64,000 nucleotides of DNA from an uncultured bacterium (GTDB lineage Bacteria > Hydrogenedentota > Hydrogenedentia > Hydrogenedentales > Hydrogenedentaceae): assembly GCA_938014335.1 (NCBI GenBank), contig CALLRP010000006.1:14226-78225 (forward strand), in the 5' to 3' direction. Each line of letters begins with the position of its first letter. Position 1 is the stretch's first letter. This document shows positions 19,332 to 28,314 of this stretch, piece by piece. The notes beneath the pieces are model-generated. The model saw only the letters and a program-made list of their open reading frames with translations. It ran no database searches and was not told the origin of the DNA. The translations under genes and the position numbers were made by a program.

Positions 19332-20192
19332 ATGAGTAAAGCCCCACGATTTCTCATAGTGGATGGTTATCCCCTCAAAAGTCGCGAACAGTTTAACCAA
19401 GTAGGGATGAAACTTGCGGGTGTTCTATATGCTGACTTACTGGTAAAATATTTGCCCGAAGCAGAGTATGATATTTGGTATAGCAGTGATGAGGGGGCTG
19501 TCCCTCCGACAGATGAACAACTAAGTCAATATACGGGCGTAATCTGGCCTGGGTGTAACTTAACAATATATCATGACGACCCACGTGTCCACGCTCATAT
19601 TCGTTTGTGCCAGCGCTGTTATGAAGCAGGTATTCCTCAGATTGGAAGTTGCTGGGGCATTCAATTAGCTAATTATTCTGCAGGGGGGAAAGTTGAACCT
19701 CATCCCAAAGGACGCGAGATGGGAATTGCTACAAAAATTAGATTGACAGAAGAAGGTAAAAAGCACCCCATGTTTAAGGAAAAACCTGAAGTATACTCCC
19801 ACTTTGTCAGTCATGATGACCAAGTAACAAAATTGGCAGATGGTGCTATTCTTTTAGCAGGAAATGATTGGAGTCCCGTTCAGGCATGTGAAGTTCACTA
19901 CAAAAAAGGAATTTTCTGGGCAACTCAATATCATCCTGAATATAATCTACACGAAGTCGCAAGGTTAATTATTGCACGCGAACCTAAACTTATCCAACAG
20001 GGAATGTTTCGCGACCACGAAGACCTGATGATATATGTAACACGACTCGAAATGGTTTACGAAAATCCTTCATTAAAATATATCCGCTGGCAGTATAAAA
20101 TTGACGATGATTTAATTGATGATAAAATCCGTGAATGCGAATTTATCAACTGGATAGAACATATCATCAAACCCCGCATTGCAGGAAAATAA
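19332..20192 (+). CDS. Class I glutamine amidotransferase-like protein
   Basis: 286 aa. Nucleophile elbow GSCWGIQL and the His-Glu pair in QYHPE. AAGGAG lies upstream. Confidence 0.8.
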   Translation: MSKAPRFLIVDGYPLKSREQFNQVGMKLAGVLYADLLVKYLPEAEYDIWYSSDEGAVPPTDEQLSQYTGVIWPGCNLTIYHDDPRVHAHIRLCQRCYEAGIPQIGSCWGIQLANYSAGGKVEPHPKGREMGIATKIRLTEEGKKHPMFKEKPEVYSHFVSHDDQVTKLADGAILLAGNDWSPVQACEVHYKKGIFWATQYHPEYNLHEVARLIIAREPKLIQQGMFRDHEDLMIYVTRLEMVYENPSLKYIRWQYKIDDDLIDDKIRECEFINWIEHIIKPRIAGK

Positions 20193-20278
20193 TTTTTTAT
20201 ATCAGAACACAGGCCTTGATTGAAAAACACAAAGTAGAACCCCTTTCGGAAAGAACGAACAATAAATGACTTTATTAT

Positions 20279-22450
20279 CTAATAACCACGGGGAATATTA
20301 TTTAAATACTCGCTGTACCGGCAAAGGTGGACTATAGCTTTTGCCATCTGAGTAGGATTCTGGAAAACGTAAATATTTAATTCCTCAAGTTTTTCTAAAA
20401 CAGGATTGGTATTTTTCCCATGCGAAATGATTGTTGTATCCGAGGCGACAACAATAGGTTTCTGATAAGTATTCATTAATTTTGCAATTGTTTCCGCATC
20501 TTTTAGCTCAAATTGTGTTCCAATTTCTGATAATTTATCCAGACCTAAATTCTTTGCCCGTTCGGAATTTTGAAATCGCACATACGCACTTGCGATATAA
20601 CCTATTCCTAAAATGACGAGAATATCAATCTCATCATCCTGTATTAGGATCTCCATAGATTTTTTGAATAATTCCACATCTGTTCCTGCCACCATATCTA
20701 CGGGATTAGTTCGATTCCACCATTTAGGCATGATTTGGTCTAATTTCTGAAGTATGTTTTCAGATAAGGGAATCACATTCAATCCCGCCTTGCTACAGAC
20801 ATCAGCGGTAATAACCCCCCACCCTCCTCCTTGTGAAAGAATCCCCACATTTCGCCCCCTGGGAAGTGGGACATTAAAAAGTAAATGGGCTGTTTCTACC
20901 GCTTCATAAACATCCTCAGTCAAAATAGCACCCTGTTGAACACATACTCCTTGAAATAGGCGATAATCGGTTGCTAATGCCCCTGTATGTGAAGATGCAG
21001 CACGAGACCCTGCCTGAGTTTTGCCTCCTTTTAATAGGATAACAGGTTTTTTCTTCGTTACTTTTTTTAATTCATTGAAAAATAGACGTATATTTTTGGC
21101 ACTTTCAATATATGAAAAAACTACTTTTGTTTTGAGGTCGTTACCTAAAAAGTTTAGATAATGATAATTTTTTATCACTGCTTCATTTCCGGTGCTTATA
21201 AATCGTGATACTCCTAATTTATGTTGCATTGCCCAACTCATTACAGTGTTCCCAATATTCCCACTTTGAGAAAGTATTCCTAATCCACCGGCTTGAGGGT
21301 ATCTTCCTATCATAGAGCAATATAGTTTCATTGGGTCAGGACTTACTACACCGGCACAATTAGGACCAATTAAGTATAAATTATTTTCTTTTGCCATCTT
21401 TTCCAGTTCTTCCTGTGCAGATTGAGCTTCTTTATCTGCTAACTCTCCGAAACCTGCTGTAATGACTAAGACAACTTGAATTCCCTTTTCAATACACTCT
21501 CGAACGCAGGGCTGAACAGATTGTGGAGGGACAATAATAACCGCTAAGTCCACTTTTTCGGGTAAAGATGAAATAGAAGGATAGCAAGGAATATTTAGGA
21601 CTTCACTTCGTTTTGGGTTAACACCATATATTTTCCCTGTATATCCACCTTCTAAAGTATTGAATAGAACACGAAATCCCCATTTTAGTGACTTGTCTGT
21701 TATTCCCACAATGGCAATACTTTGGGGTTCAAATAATTTTAATAATTTATTGAAATCAATAGATGTATCTTCTGCTTCCAAGTTGTTTGTTGAATCGCTC
21801 CCTGTTATTGCAAGAGCATCTACTGCGATAGCTGTATTGTGATGTATTAAGATGGGATTTAATTCAAATTGTGTAATTTCTGTTTCATTCGATAAAAGAT
21901 TTTCAATAGATTTTATTACTTGAAAAAGTTTTTGTATATCAACAGGAGGGTCACCTCGAAAAGAATAAAAGATTTTATTGCAGCGTAGTTCGTTAATCAT
22001 TTCCTGCAAGTCAATTTCATTTATGGGTGCACAACGAAAGGATACATCTTCAAGAACTTCTACGAGAATACCTCCTATTCCAATATAGACACATATACCA
22101 TATTCGTTATGTTTCATTCCCCCCATGATGAGTTCTCGTTTCCCGTAAATATGTTTTTGTAATAAAAATCCCGATAATTTAAAGTTTTTTGAATTGTCCT
22201 GGATTTCATCAATTGCTTTTAATAAGTGTTCTTTCGATTTAATATCTGTCTTTACTAACCCAAAATCACTTTTGTGACCTATTCCTTCTACAATCCCTTT
22301 TAAGGTTATGGGGTAACCTAATGTTTTTGCAGAGGAAATAATTTCGTTAGTATCACTACACACATGAAAATCAGCCATTGGTATCTTATATTTTTCTAAC
22401 AAAGATAATGTCTGCACTTCAGATAATATTTGAGACAAATTCTCACTCAT
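20279..22450 (-). CDS. ADP-forming acyl-CoA synthetase (ACD family) with ATP-grasp domain placed N-terminally
   Basis: 723 aa. N-terminal ATP-grasp-like region (LEKYKIPMADFHV...GYPITLKG...HKSDFGLV). Then a CoA-binding Rossmann region (PQSIAIVGITDKSLKWG...GKIYGVNPK) and a ligase domain with the phospho-His loop (AASSHTGALA). Confidence 0.85.
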   Translation of the reverse strand: MSENLSQILSEVQTLSLLEKYKIPMADFHVCSDTNEIISSAKTLGYPITLKGIVEGIGHKSDFGLVKTDIKSKEHLLKAIDEIQDNSKNFKLSGFLLQKHIYGKRELIMGGMKHNEYGICVYIGIGGILVEVLEDVSFRCAPINEIDLQEMINELRCNKIFYSFRGDPPVDIQKLFQVIKSIENLLSNETEITQFELNPILIHHNTAIAVDALAITGSDSTNNLEAEDTSIDFNKLLKLFEPQSIAIVGITDKSLKWGFRVLFNTLEGGYTGKIYGVNPKRSEVLNIPCYPSISSLPEKVDLAVIIVPPQSVQPCVRECIEKGIQVVLVITAGFGELADKEAQSAQEELEKMAKENNLYLIGPNCAGVVSPDPMKLYCSMIGRYPQAGGLGILSQSGNIGNTVMSWAMQHKLGVSRFISTGNEAVIKNYHYLNFLGNDLKTKVVFSYIESAKNIRLFFNELKKVTKKKPVILLKGGKTQAGSRAASSHTGALATDYRLFQGVCVQQGAILTEDVYEAVETAHLLFNVPLPRGRNVGILSQGGGWGVITADVCSKAGLNVIPLSENILQKLDQIMPKWWNRTNPVDMVAGTDVELFKKSMEILIQDDEIDILVILGIGYIASAYVRFQNSERAKNLGLDKLSEIGTQFELKDAETIAKLMNTYQKPIVVASDTTIISHGKNTNPVLEKLEELNIYVFQNPTQMAKAIVHLCRYSEYLNNIPRGY

Positions 22451-22701
22451 TACAAAACTCCCACTACAATTTTTTCTAATTTGGTCTTTATGTTAACAAA
22501 TTTTTGTTAAGAAATTATATTTATTAAACATAAAAAGCACAGAAAACCTATAAAAACGCAAAAAATTTTTAATCACGAATGACACGAATGAGAATGAATA
22601 AAAAAACTTTTTTCTCATTCAAAAATGGGTATCGAAGAGCAGAAAAGTTCAGTATAGCAGAGCCATATTGTCTGTAGATATCTTGCAGAAAAACACTCAA
22701 A

Positions 22702-23007
22702 CTAATGTCTACTTCGTCGTTGACGCCTACGAATTTGCTGTTGTTTATTTTGATTTTGTCCTTTGTTTTCTTCTCCATCTCCTATCTTTTGATAAAATAA
22801 GGCTTCTTTATCGGAAAGTTTTTTGTTTTGTATCATGTTTTTAATCTTTTCAATGTCAGTTACTGTTCCCGTCGTTTTTATGTCTGTAGAAACTGAAGAT
22901 ATTTCTGTTTCTGGTTTTCCCGGTAAAGTCTGATAAATGAAAATAGCCACAAATATAATAGTGTAAAGTATTGAGACTGTTAAGAATATAGCATCATTTT
23001 TTTTCAT
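22702..23007 (-). CDS. Small single-pass membrane protein, last gene of the AmmeMemoRadiSam-linked operon
   Basis: 101 aa. N-terminal TM (IFLTVSILYTIIFVAIFIY) and a basic Q/R-rich tail. The start overlaps the stop of the upstream 1187-aa gene by 14 nt (ATGaaaaaaaaTGA). No clear SD. Confidence 0.5.
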   Translation of the reverse strand: MKKNDAIFLTVSILYTIIFVAIFIYQTLPGKPETEISSVSTDIKTTGTVTDIEKIKNMIQNKKLSDKEALFYQKIGDGEENKGQNQNKQQQIRRRQRRSRH

Positions 23008-26000
23008 GTTTATAGCACCGATTACATTGAATACAATCTATTTCTTCTATTTTTGAAATTCCGAGGTCACAGTGGTTTGGAAAAGTTCTCTGCCAGAAGA
23101 AAGAAAATATTCGTAGTGATTGAATTAAACTTAAAAATGCCCCTGTGGGACACAGCACCCGGCACCAGAAGCGGTTATATAAAAGGCTTCCGAACAAAAC
23201 AAAAATTCCAAAAATAGTTACGGTATTCGACATATCCAGCGTGAAAAAAGTAAGTAGTGGGTCAATACTTGCCATATTTGTCTCACGCAAAAAGAAATAA
23301 ACTAAAAAGAAAATAAATGCAAATATATACTTAAACTGCCTTGTCGTGTACCACATCTGCTTCGAAGGGGTAATTTTATTATTTATCCAGTTAAACTTAC
23401 TCATTAATTCTGACATGGCACCAAAGGGGCATAAATAACCGCAATATATATTCCCATTTATAAGAACCAGCAGAGGAATCCCTATGGTAAGTATGCAAGA
23501 AATAGATAAAGTAAACCGGAATTTATCAATAGATATTAGTTGAATAATGGAATAAATCCCGTATTGGATATTTAACCAAAAACCCAATACCAACATAACA
23601 GCAATTAACCAGATGATTCGAAGTACATCGTTGTGAAAGAAACGAAACACAATAGATAGGAGAATAAATATGATGAAGATGTAAACAGAATAAGTGGTTT
23701 GTGTGTGGTTTGCATGTGCAAGTTGTTGTATCTCAGAATAGCCCGTGCTTTTATCTTGAATTAATTTAGCAAACTCTTTCCCAGCAAATTGCACAGCCCT
23801 TTTTACTGCATCCGCTGTTGTTGTGGCACCGCTAACGGTATCTATTTCTGCAATCGTTTCGGGTTGAAATATATTTTTCCCTTTATAAAGAAAAAAATAG
23901 TCTTCTACCCGTGACAAATAGTCGGGTGTTTCATTAGATTGAATAACCCTGATATTTTCTATTCTACCTTCTTTGGAAACTTTAACGGCTATATCTATTT
24001 CACCACCGTATCCGATAACCTTAAATAACGAGGCAGTGGAAAAAATATAAAAAGTGTTCTCATTTTGATTTTCATCTTTTTTTGTAAACGAATAAAATCG
24101 TATTTTACGATTATCGGGAAGAGTCAATATCTCAGGTTTAATTTCCTCCCTTTCTGCGAGTTGTTGAGCAATTTGTGTGAAAACATCTTCGGGGAGAGGT
24201 ATTGTAGAACGATAATATATTTCTGTAGAGATAAAGGTTAGTATAAGAATAGGAACCAATGTATATCCAAGTGTTCTACCCCAAAGTGATGAAACACAAA
24301 ACAAAGTTTTTTGGAGTAATGGAATAAATAAAAGGACAAGAATTAGATAGAAAAAAACAATTCCTGCTGAATATTGAAGTCCCCACAGAGGGAGCAATAA
24401 CAATGGAAATACAAAGGCACCTATACCGGCTCCCAAATGATCGCATCCCTCTAAATATACTGCTAAACGAGAGGTGGTTAATTCTTTATCAGAGATTTCG
24501 AGGAATACAGAAAGCAAGAAACCTAACACAAAACCCCATAGAAAGAAAATAGCAAGATATGTGTAAAAATGAATAGATGGTATTTGAAATATGATGATTG
24601 TAAAAAATGCACATGTACAAGACAGGCAAAAGGCAATGAAAAAAGGCAATCGGCTTTTTTTGTTTACATAAAAAAGATTAAAAAAAATGGGACTTATTGA
24701 AAGTCCCAGCATAAAAAGTGAGGATAAAAGCCCCAAATAAGTGGATAATGAGCCATAAGTATATTGAAATTGAATAAAGAGCAGAAGAGAAACTCCCATG
24801 CCCACAAGTCCAATGATAAAAATGGCAAAGCAAGTTTCAGCAATCGAATAAGTGTATTTTTGTATTCTTTTTCGGAGCGACCTCTTTTTATATATCCATC
24901 GAAATAGGATAAAACTCAATGGGAAGCATATAAAAAGAAAAAGAATTATTCTTTTAATGATTATAATTTTTTCTAATAATCCTGAATACCCATGTTTCCA
25001 GAGATAAAAGAGATTACTGTATAAAAATCCAAGATATTTATTTTCAGAATTGATGAGGTAATTGCTGTCGGTAACTTTTTTAATTTCTTCATACCGATTT
25101 TTTTGAAAAATGATTCTATCCGGTGGATACAAGTCTCTCACAAGATTGGGTCTAATTTCGGGCAATTGTTGTGCAATCGTAGTTAGTCGCTGTTCCAGAG
25201 TGGGGACATGCTCACTCAAAGGATGTGTTAAAGAACCCAATAACCATGTTTCCTCCCCGGGTTTCAGCACAGTAACTTTAAATACTTGATGAAAAGTGAA
25301 AAATATAGAGGCTCCAAGGGTTGCAATTTCCCCCCCTAAAAAATTTTCACCTCCTGACATACGAATACCCACTATTCCTCTATCCGCGAGGCAATTCTTC
25401 AACAAGTTAAAAAAACTATCGGTGAGATATTGATTTGAATTTATCGTTTGAGGGTCACCTGTATACACCAAAATAATATCGAATTTTTCATTTGTAGTTG
25501 TTAAAAATAATCGAGGTTCCGTTTGTGGAAATATCAATTTGTTTGAAGTATTTAAAGATTTTTCTTGTAGTAGCGGGATAATTTTTTGGGATAATTCAAA
25601 ATCAAAAGGTATCCACAAAATTTTCTCTATTTCCTTAATTTTTATGAGGTAGGGTAATATATAAATAAAAGGTTCACCAATTAATAGAAAATTTTTTGCA
25701 TCATTTTTTTGAGCAAGGAAGGTGGACAAGAAACGCAAACCATATTCCTGATTTGGGAAATTTAAGGCAGGTTTAAGATTTCTCAACAAAATAAACTGGG
25801 TATTATCAAATCCATATAAATATTCCCCCTTCTGGGTGATAATTTTACCACCTAAATTTTCACTTTTAGTAAGATTTTCCCAGTGTGTTTTATTTTCCCA
25901 TGATTCTAATGTAAATGCTAAAAACAGAAACAATGGCAAAAGAAAAACAACAATAACTTTTTTAAATAAAACATAGTGAGATAGGGAAAAAGAGGAAGTA

Positions 26001-26557
26001 ATTAAAAAAAAGGAAACGAGACAGAAAGGAATCCAGTGAGAAAGACCGAAATATATGCACAATGAGGTAATAAGTCCACCTAACACAGCCCCGAAAGCCT
26101 CATAAGCGTATATAGAGCGAACAATTGTAGAAGGGGTAGGAATATTTTGTGAGTTCGATGTTAAATTTTGCTCCCACCAAAGTGTGCAGTGGGTAAATAA
26201 GAAACCTGTAAGAAAACTTAATCCTGCAGTTGTCAAAGAAGAATACAATACGAGGGTAGGAATATCAAATATTTCATAAGAAGGAATACCAGAAATATAT
26301 CGAGCACTGCGGATAAAAAAATGTGCACATAACCAGGCAGGAATATAAATAAGAGATGTTATTGTTAAGTATTTAAACTGTTTATAAAAAAGACGCCCTA
26401 CAAGGGTTCCGGGGATAATCCAGATAAACCAGAAAAAATAAAGAATACCCAGGGCAAATTCATTTTCTTCAATACAATGAAGGAAATCACGCACAAGGAG
26501 GGCTTGTGCGGTAATCGAAAACGCTCCTAATGCAATGGGTAATAGAAACTTTTTCAC
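22994..26557 (-). CDS. 1187-aa polytopic chimera: spermidine-synthase-like module + FMN-binding domain + NapH/NosR-like CX3CP iron-sulfur membrane module
   Basis: The GTG start shares GTGA with the upstream stop.
- Residues 1-215: TM bundle.
- About 285-445: SpeE-like fold (FDIILVYTGDPQTINSNQYLTDSFFNLLKNCLADRGIV) with a degenerate Gly motif (LLIGEPFIY).
- About 530-780: second TM bundle.
- About 830-925: FMN_bind domain with the flavinylation-type motif DTVSGAT (nt 23822-23842).
- About 955-1150: TM helices carrying CGYLCP (nt 23426-23443) and CRVLCP.
- C-terminus: C-x11-CIQCNRC. Confidence 0.8.
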   Translation of the reverse strand: MKKFLLPIALGAFSITAQALLVRDFLHCIEENEFALGILYFFWFIWIIPGTLVGRLFYKQFKYLTITSLIYIPAWLCAHFFIRSARYISGIPSYEIFDIPTLVLYSSLTTAGLSFLTGFLFTHCTLWWEQNLTSNSQNIPTPSTIVRSIYAYEAFGAVLGGLITSLCIYFGLSHWIPFCLVSFFLITSSFSLSHYVLFKKVIVVFLLPLFLFLAFTLESWENKTHWENLTKSENLGGKIITQKGEYLYGFDNTQFILLRNLKPALNFPNQEYGLRFLSTFLAQKNDAKNFLLIGEPFIYILPYLIKIKEIEKILWIPFDFELSQKIIPLLQEKSLNTSNKLIFPQTEPRLFLTTTNEKFDIILVYTGDPQTINSNQYLTDSFFNLLKNCLADRGIVGIRMSGGENFLGGEIATLGASIFFTFHQVFKVTVLKPGEETWLLGSLTHPLSEHVPTLEQRLTTIAQQLPEIRPNLVRDLYPPDRIIFQKNRYEEIKKVTDSNYLINSENKYLGFLYSNLFYLWKHGYSGLLEKIIIIKRIILFLFICFPLSFILFRWIYKKRSLRKRIQKYTYSIAETCFAIFIIGLVGMGVSLLLFIQFQYTYGSLSTYLGLLSSLFMLGLSISPIFFNLFYVNKKSRLPFFIAFCLSCTCAFFTIIIFQIPSIHFYTYLAIFFLWGFVLGFLLSVFLEISDKELTTSRLAVYLEGCDHLGAGIGAFVFPLLLLPLWGLQYSAGIVFFYLILVLLFIPLLQKTLFCVSSLWGRTLGYTLVPILILTFISTEIYYRSTIPLPEDVFTQIAQQLAEREEIKPEILTLPDNRKIRFYSFTKKDENQNENTFYIFSTASLFKVIGYGGEIDIAVKVSKEGRIENIRVIQSNETPDYLSRVEDYFFLYKGKNIFQPETIAEIDTVSGATTTADAVKRAVQFAGKEFAKLIQDKSTGYSEIQQLAHANHTQTTYSVYIFIIFILLSIVFRFFHNDVLRIIWLIAVMLVLGFWLNIQYGIYSIIQLISIDKFRFTLSISCILTIGIPLLVLINGNIYCGYLCPFGAMSELMSKFNWINNKITPSKQMWYTTRQFKYIFAFIFFLVYFFLRETNMASIDPLLTFFTLDMSNTVTIFGIFVLFGSLLYNRFWCRVLCPTGAFLSLIQSLRIFSFFWQRTFPNHCDLGISKIEEIDCIQCNRCYKHEKK

Positions 26558-28119
26558 AATTGCTCTTCGTGGAACACTTCTGCTTCAAAAACTTCAAATT
26601 CTGCACCTTCTTTATAGCCATCCGGAGATAATCCTGCTTTCATTGAAAGGTGTTCTAATGTCTGTTGTAAATTCCAATTTTGTTCTGGGGCTACCTGTGG
26701 TAAAAACAAAGCTTGATAATATCCTTTTTTCATAATTATCCCGTGTTTACCCAATTCAATTTCATTATAATGGTTTATCTTTCGTGGATGTGTAAGGAGG
26801 GATATGTCAATCTTAATCTTAGGCAACTCATCTTTTGTGATAGGGTAGAATCGTGGGTCCTTAAATCCAGCATTATACGCATTTTGTAAAACGGATTTAT
26901 ACATTGGCTTTGTTGCGAAAATTTCACCAATACATCCCCGCAAATCGTCATTTATTTTTAAGGTAACAAATGCGGCGCGAGGTGTTTTCATCGTCTCTGT
27001 TATTGTAATAGGTATTTCATTATCCAAAGGTAATTTGTTATGTTCCAGCACATATTCAAGTGTCCATCGTGCTAATTTTAATAAATCCTTTTTCTCTTCA
27101 GGTGTTAATGTCGTTGAAATATTCATAGATTTCTTTTCTCCTTTCTGCCATATTCCCGTAAAGGCAATACTAAAATAACTTACCGAATTCCGATAATCAT
27201 TTACAATCTCGCCGGATTGTTTATATTCAATAAGTTTGGTTTGTGTATTTTCGGGTAATAAATACATTAAAACTCCAATACCATAAGGACCACAAATAGT
27301 AATCCCTGTTTTTTCAATATAATCATAAAATCCCTTTACATCTCGTTTTTCAATATATTGATAAGCGACCATATCCAATTTTTTAAGATTTTCGGGTATA
27401 TTTTCATTAAAAGGTGTGTAATTGTAATTCGGTCCATAATGAGTAAAATCACTACTGGCAATTACCAATGTCTTCTCATCAATGTAGTTTTTTAATATTC
27501 GAGCTACCCTTTCTGTGGTTTCGATATCCAATCTGCCACAAATTAGAGGAATTAATTTAAATTCTCCTTTAAAATATTGTAACAGTGGTAATTCTATTTC
27601 AACGCTATGTTCTCCTTGTTGTGCTAAAGGAACTTCCTTGAAATATGGATATTTTTTTAATTCTTGTATTGTTTCTGTATCAAGAGGTATCTCGCCCATA
27701 GGTGTTTCATAACAATCAACGGAAGGGAGACTTATGAGATTTTCCAAAGATGCTCTATGGCTTGTCCCTAAAATGATTATCCGAGAATATGTCCCTTTCT
27801 CTGTTGTTTTAATTCCTCTGCATGCAGTTAAACCTGAATACATATAACCCGCATGAGGTAAAATAAGTCCGATTACATGTTCAATAAGCTCCCCATCTGC
27901 TTTATTAAACATTTCTGAGATTTGTTGTTTTAATTTTTCTGGATTTGCATCATACCATTGACCTGCAATTAAAGATTGATAAACTTTTTTAGACTCCCTA
28001 TGATTTTCTTGACTTAAAGATAAATTATCCCCACATGCAAATGGAAGAGTGACGATAAACAATAGAAAAAGAGTAATATTTGAATAATTTCTCATCCAAT
28101 AACCCCTTCTTTTTTTCAT
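26554..28119 (-). CDS. Fused AmmeMemoRadiSam system protein B (Memo) :: protein A (AMMECR1) with N-terminal signal/anchor-like segment
   Basis: 521 aa.
- Memo part, about 48-322: AGQWYDANPEKL, LPHAGYMYSG, SSDFTHYGPNY.
- AMMECR1 part, about 338-521: DLRGCIGE.
- N-terminus: MKKRRGYWMRNYSNITLFLLFIVTLPFAC(29)G, i.e. basic, then hydrophobic, then Cys.
- An alternative start at M9 is preceded by GAAGGGG. Confidence 0.88.
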   Translation of the reverse strand: MKKRRGYWMRNYSNITLFLLFIVTLPFACGDNLSLSQENHRESKKVYQSLIAGQWYDANPEKLKQQISEMFNKADGELIEHVIGLILPHAGYMYSGLTACRGIKTTEKGTYSRIIILGTSHRASLENLISLPSVDCYETPMGEIPLDTETIQELKKYPYFKEVPLAQQGEHSVEIELPLLQYFKGEFKLIPLICGRLDIETTERVARILKNYIDEKTLVIASSDFTHYGPNYNYTPFNENIPENLKKLDMVAYQYIEKRDVKGFYDYIEKTGITICGPYGIGVLMYLLPENTQTKLIEYKQSGEIVNDYRNSVSYFSIAFTGIWQKGEKKSMNISTTLTPEEKKDLLKLARWTLEYVLEHNKLPLDNEIPITITETMKTPRAAFVTLKINDDLRGCIGEIFATKPMYKSVLQNAYNAGFKDPRFYPITKDELPKIKIDISLLTHPRKINHYNEIELGKHGIIMKKGYYQALFLPQVAPEQNWNLQQTLEHLSMKAGLSPDGYKEGAEFEVFEAEVFHEEQL

Positions 28120-28314
28120 AACATCATTATATTAAATTTTAACCTGCCCATGGAGAGGATTTCGTTTGAGAAAGGCCGAAATTGTTTTTGTTTTTTGGCA
28201 ATTTTTTTTTGTGTAATAACGGTATTGCATAAGTCTGCCGAACCAAGGATGGTTTTTTTATGCCATATTTGGCAACTACCACGGCCAGAATAGATGATAA
28301 AAATTTTCTCCGAT

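Noticed and set aside
22586-22620. 9-bp inverted repeat gaatgagaa / ttctcattc downstream of the operon, considered as a terminator
   Set aside because: It has a 17-nt loop and no U-tract on the relevant (minus) strand. It is too weak to call. The 69-aa ORF 22569-22778 covering it has no support either.
28120-28314. The rSAM gene and the Memo::AMMECR1 gene are in the same reading frame, so I considered read-through or a disrupted triple fusion
   Set aside because: Translating the spacer in that frame gives stops at 28276-28278, 28258-28260 and 28132-28134. The rSAM C-terminus (CPKCNKEIYGIWQ*) looks complete, so these are two separate genes.
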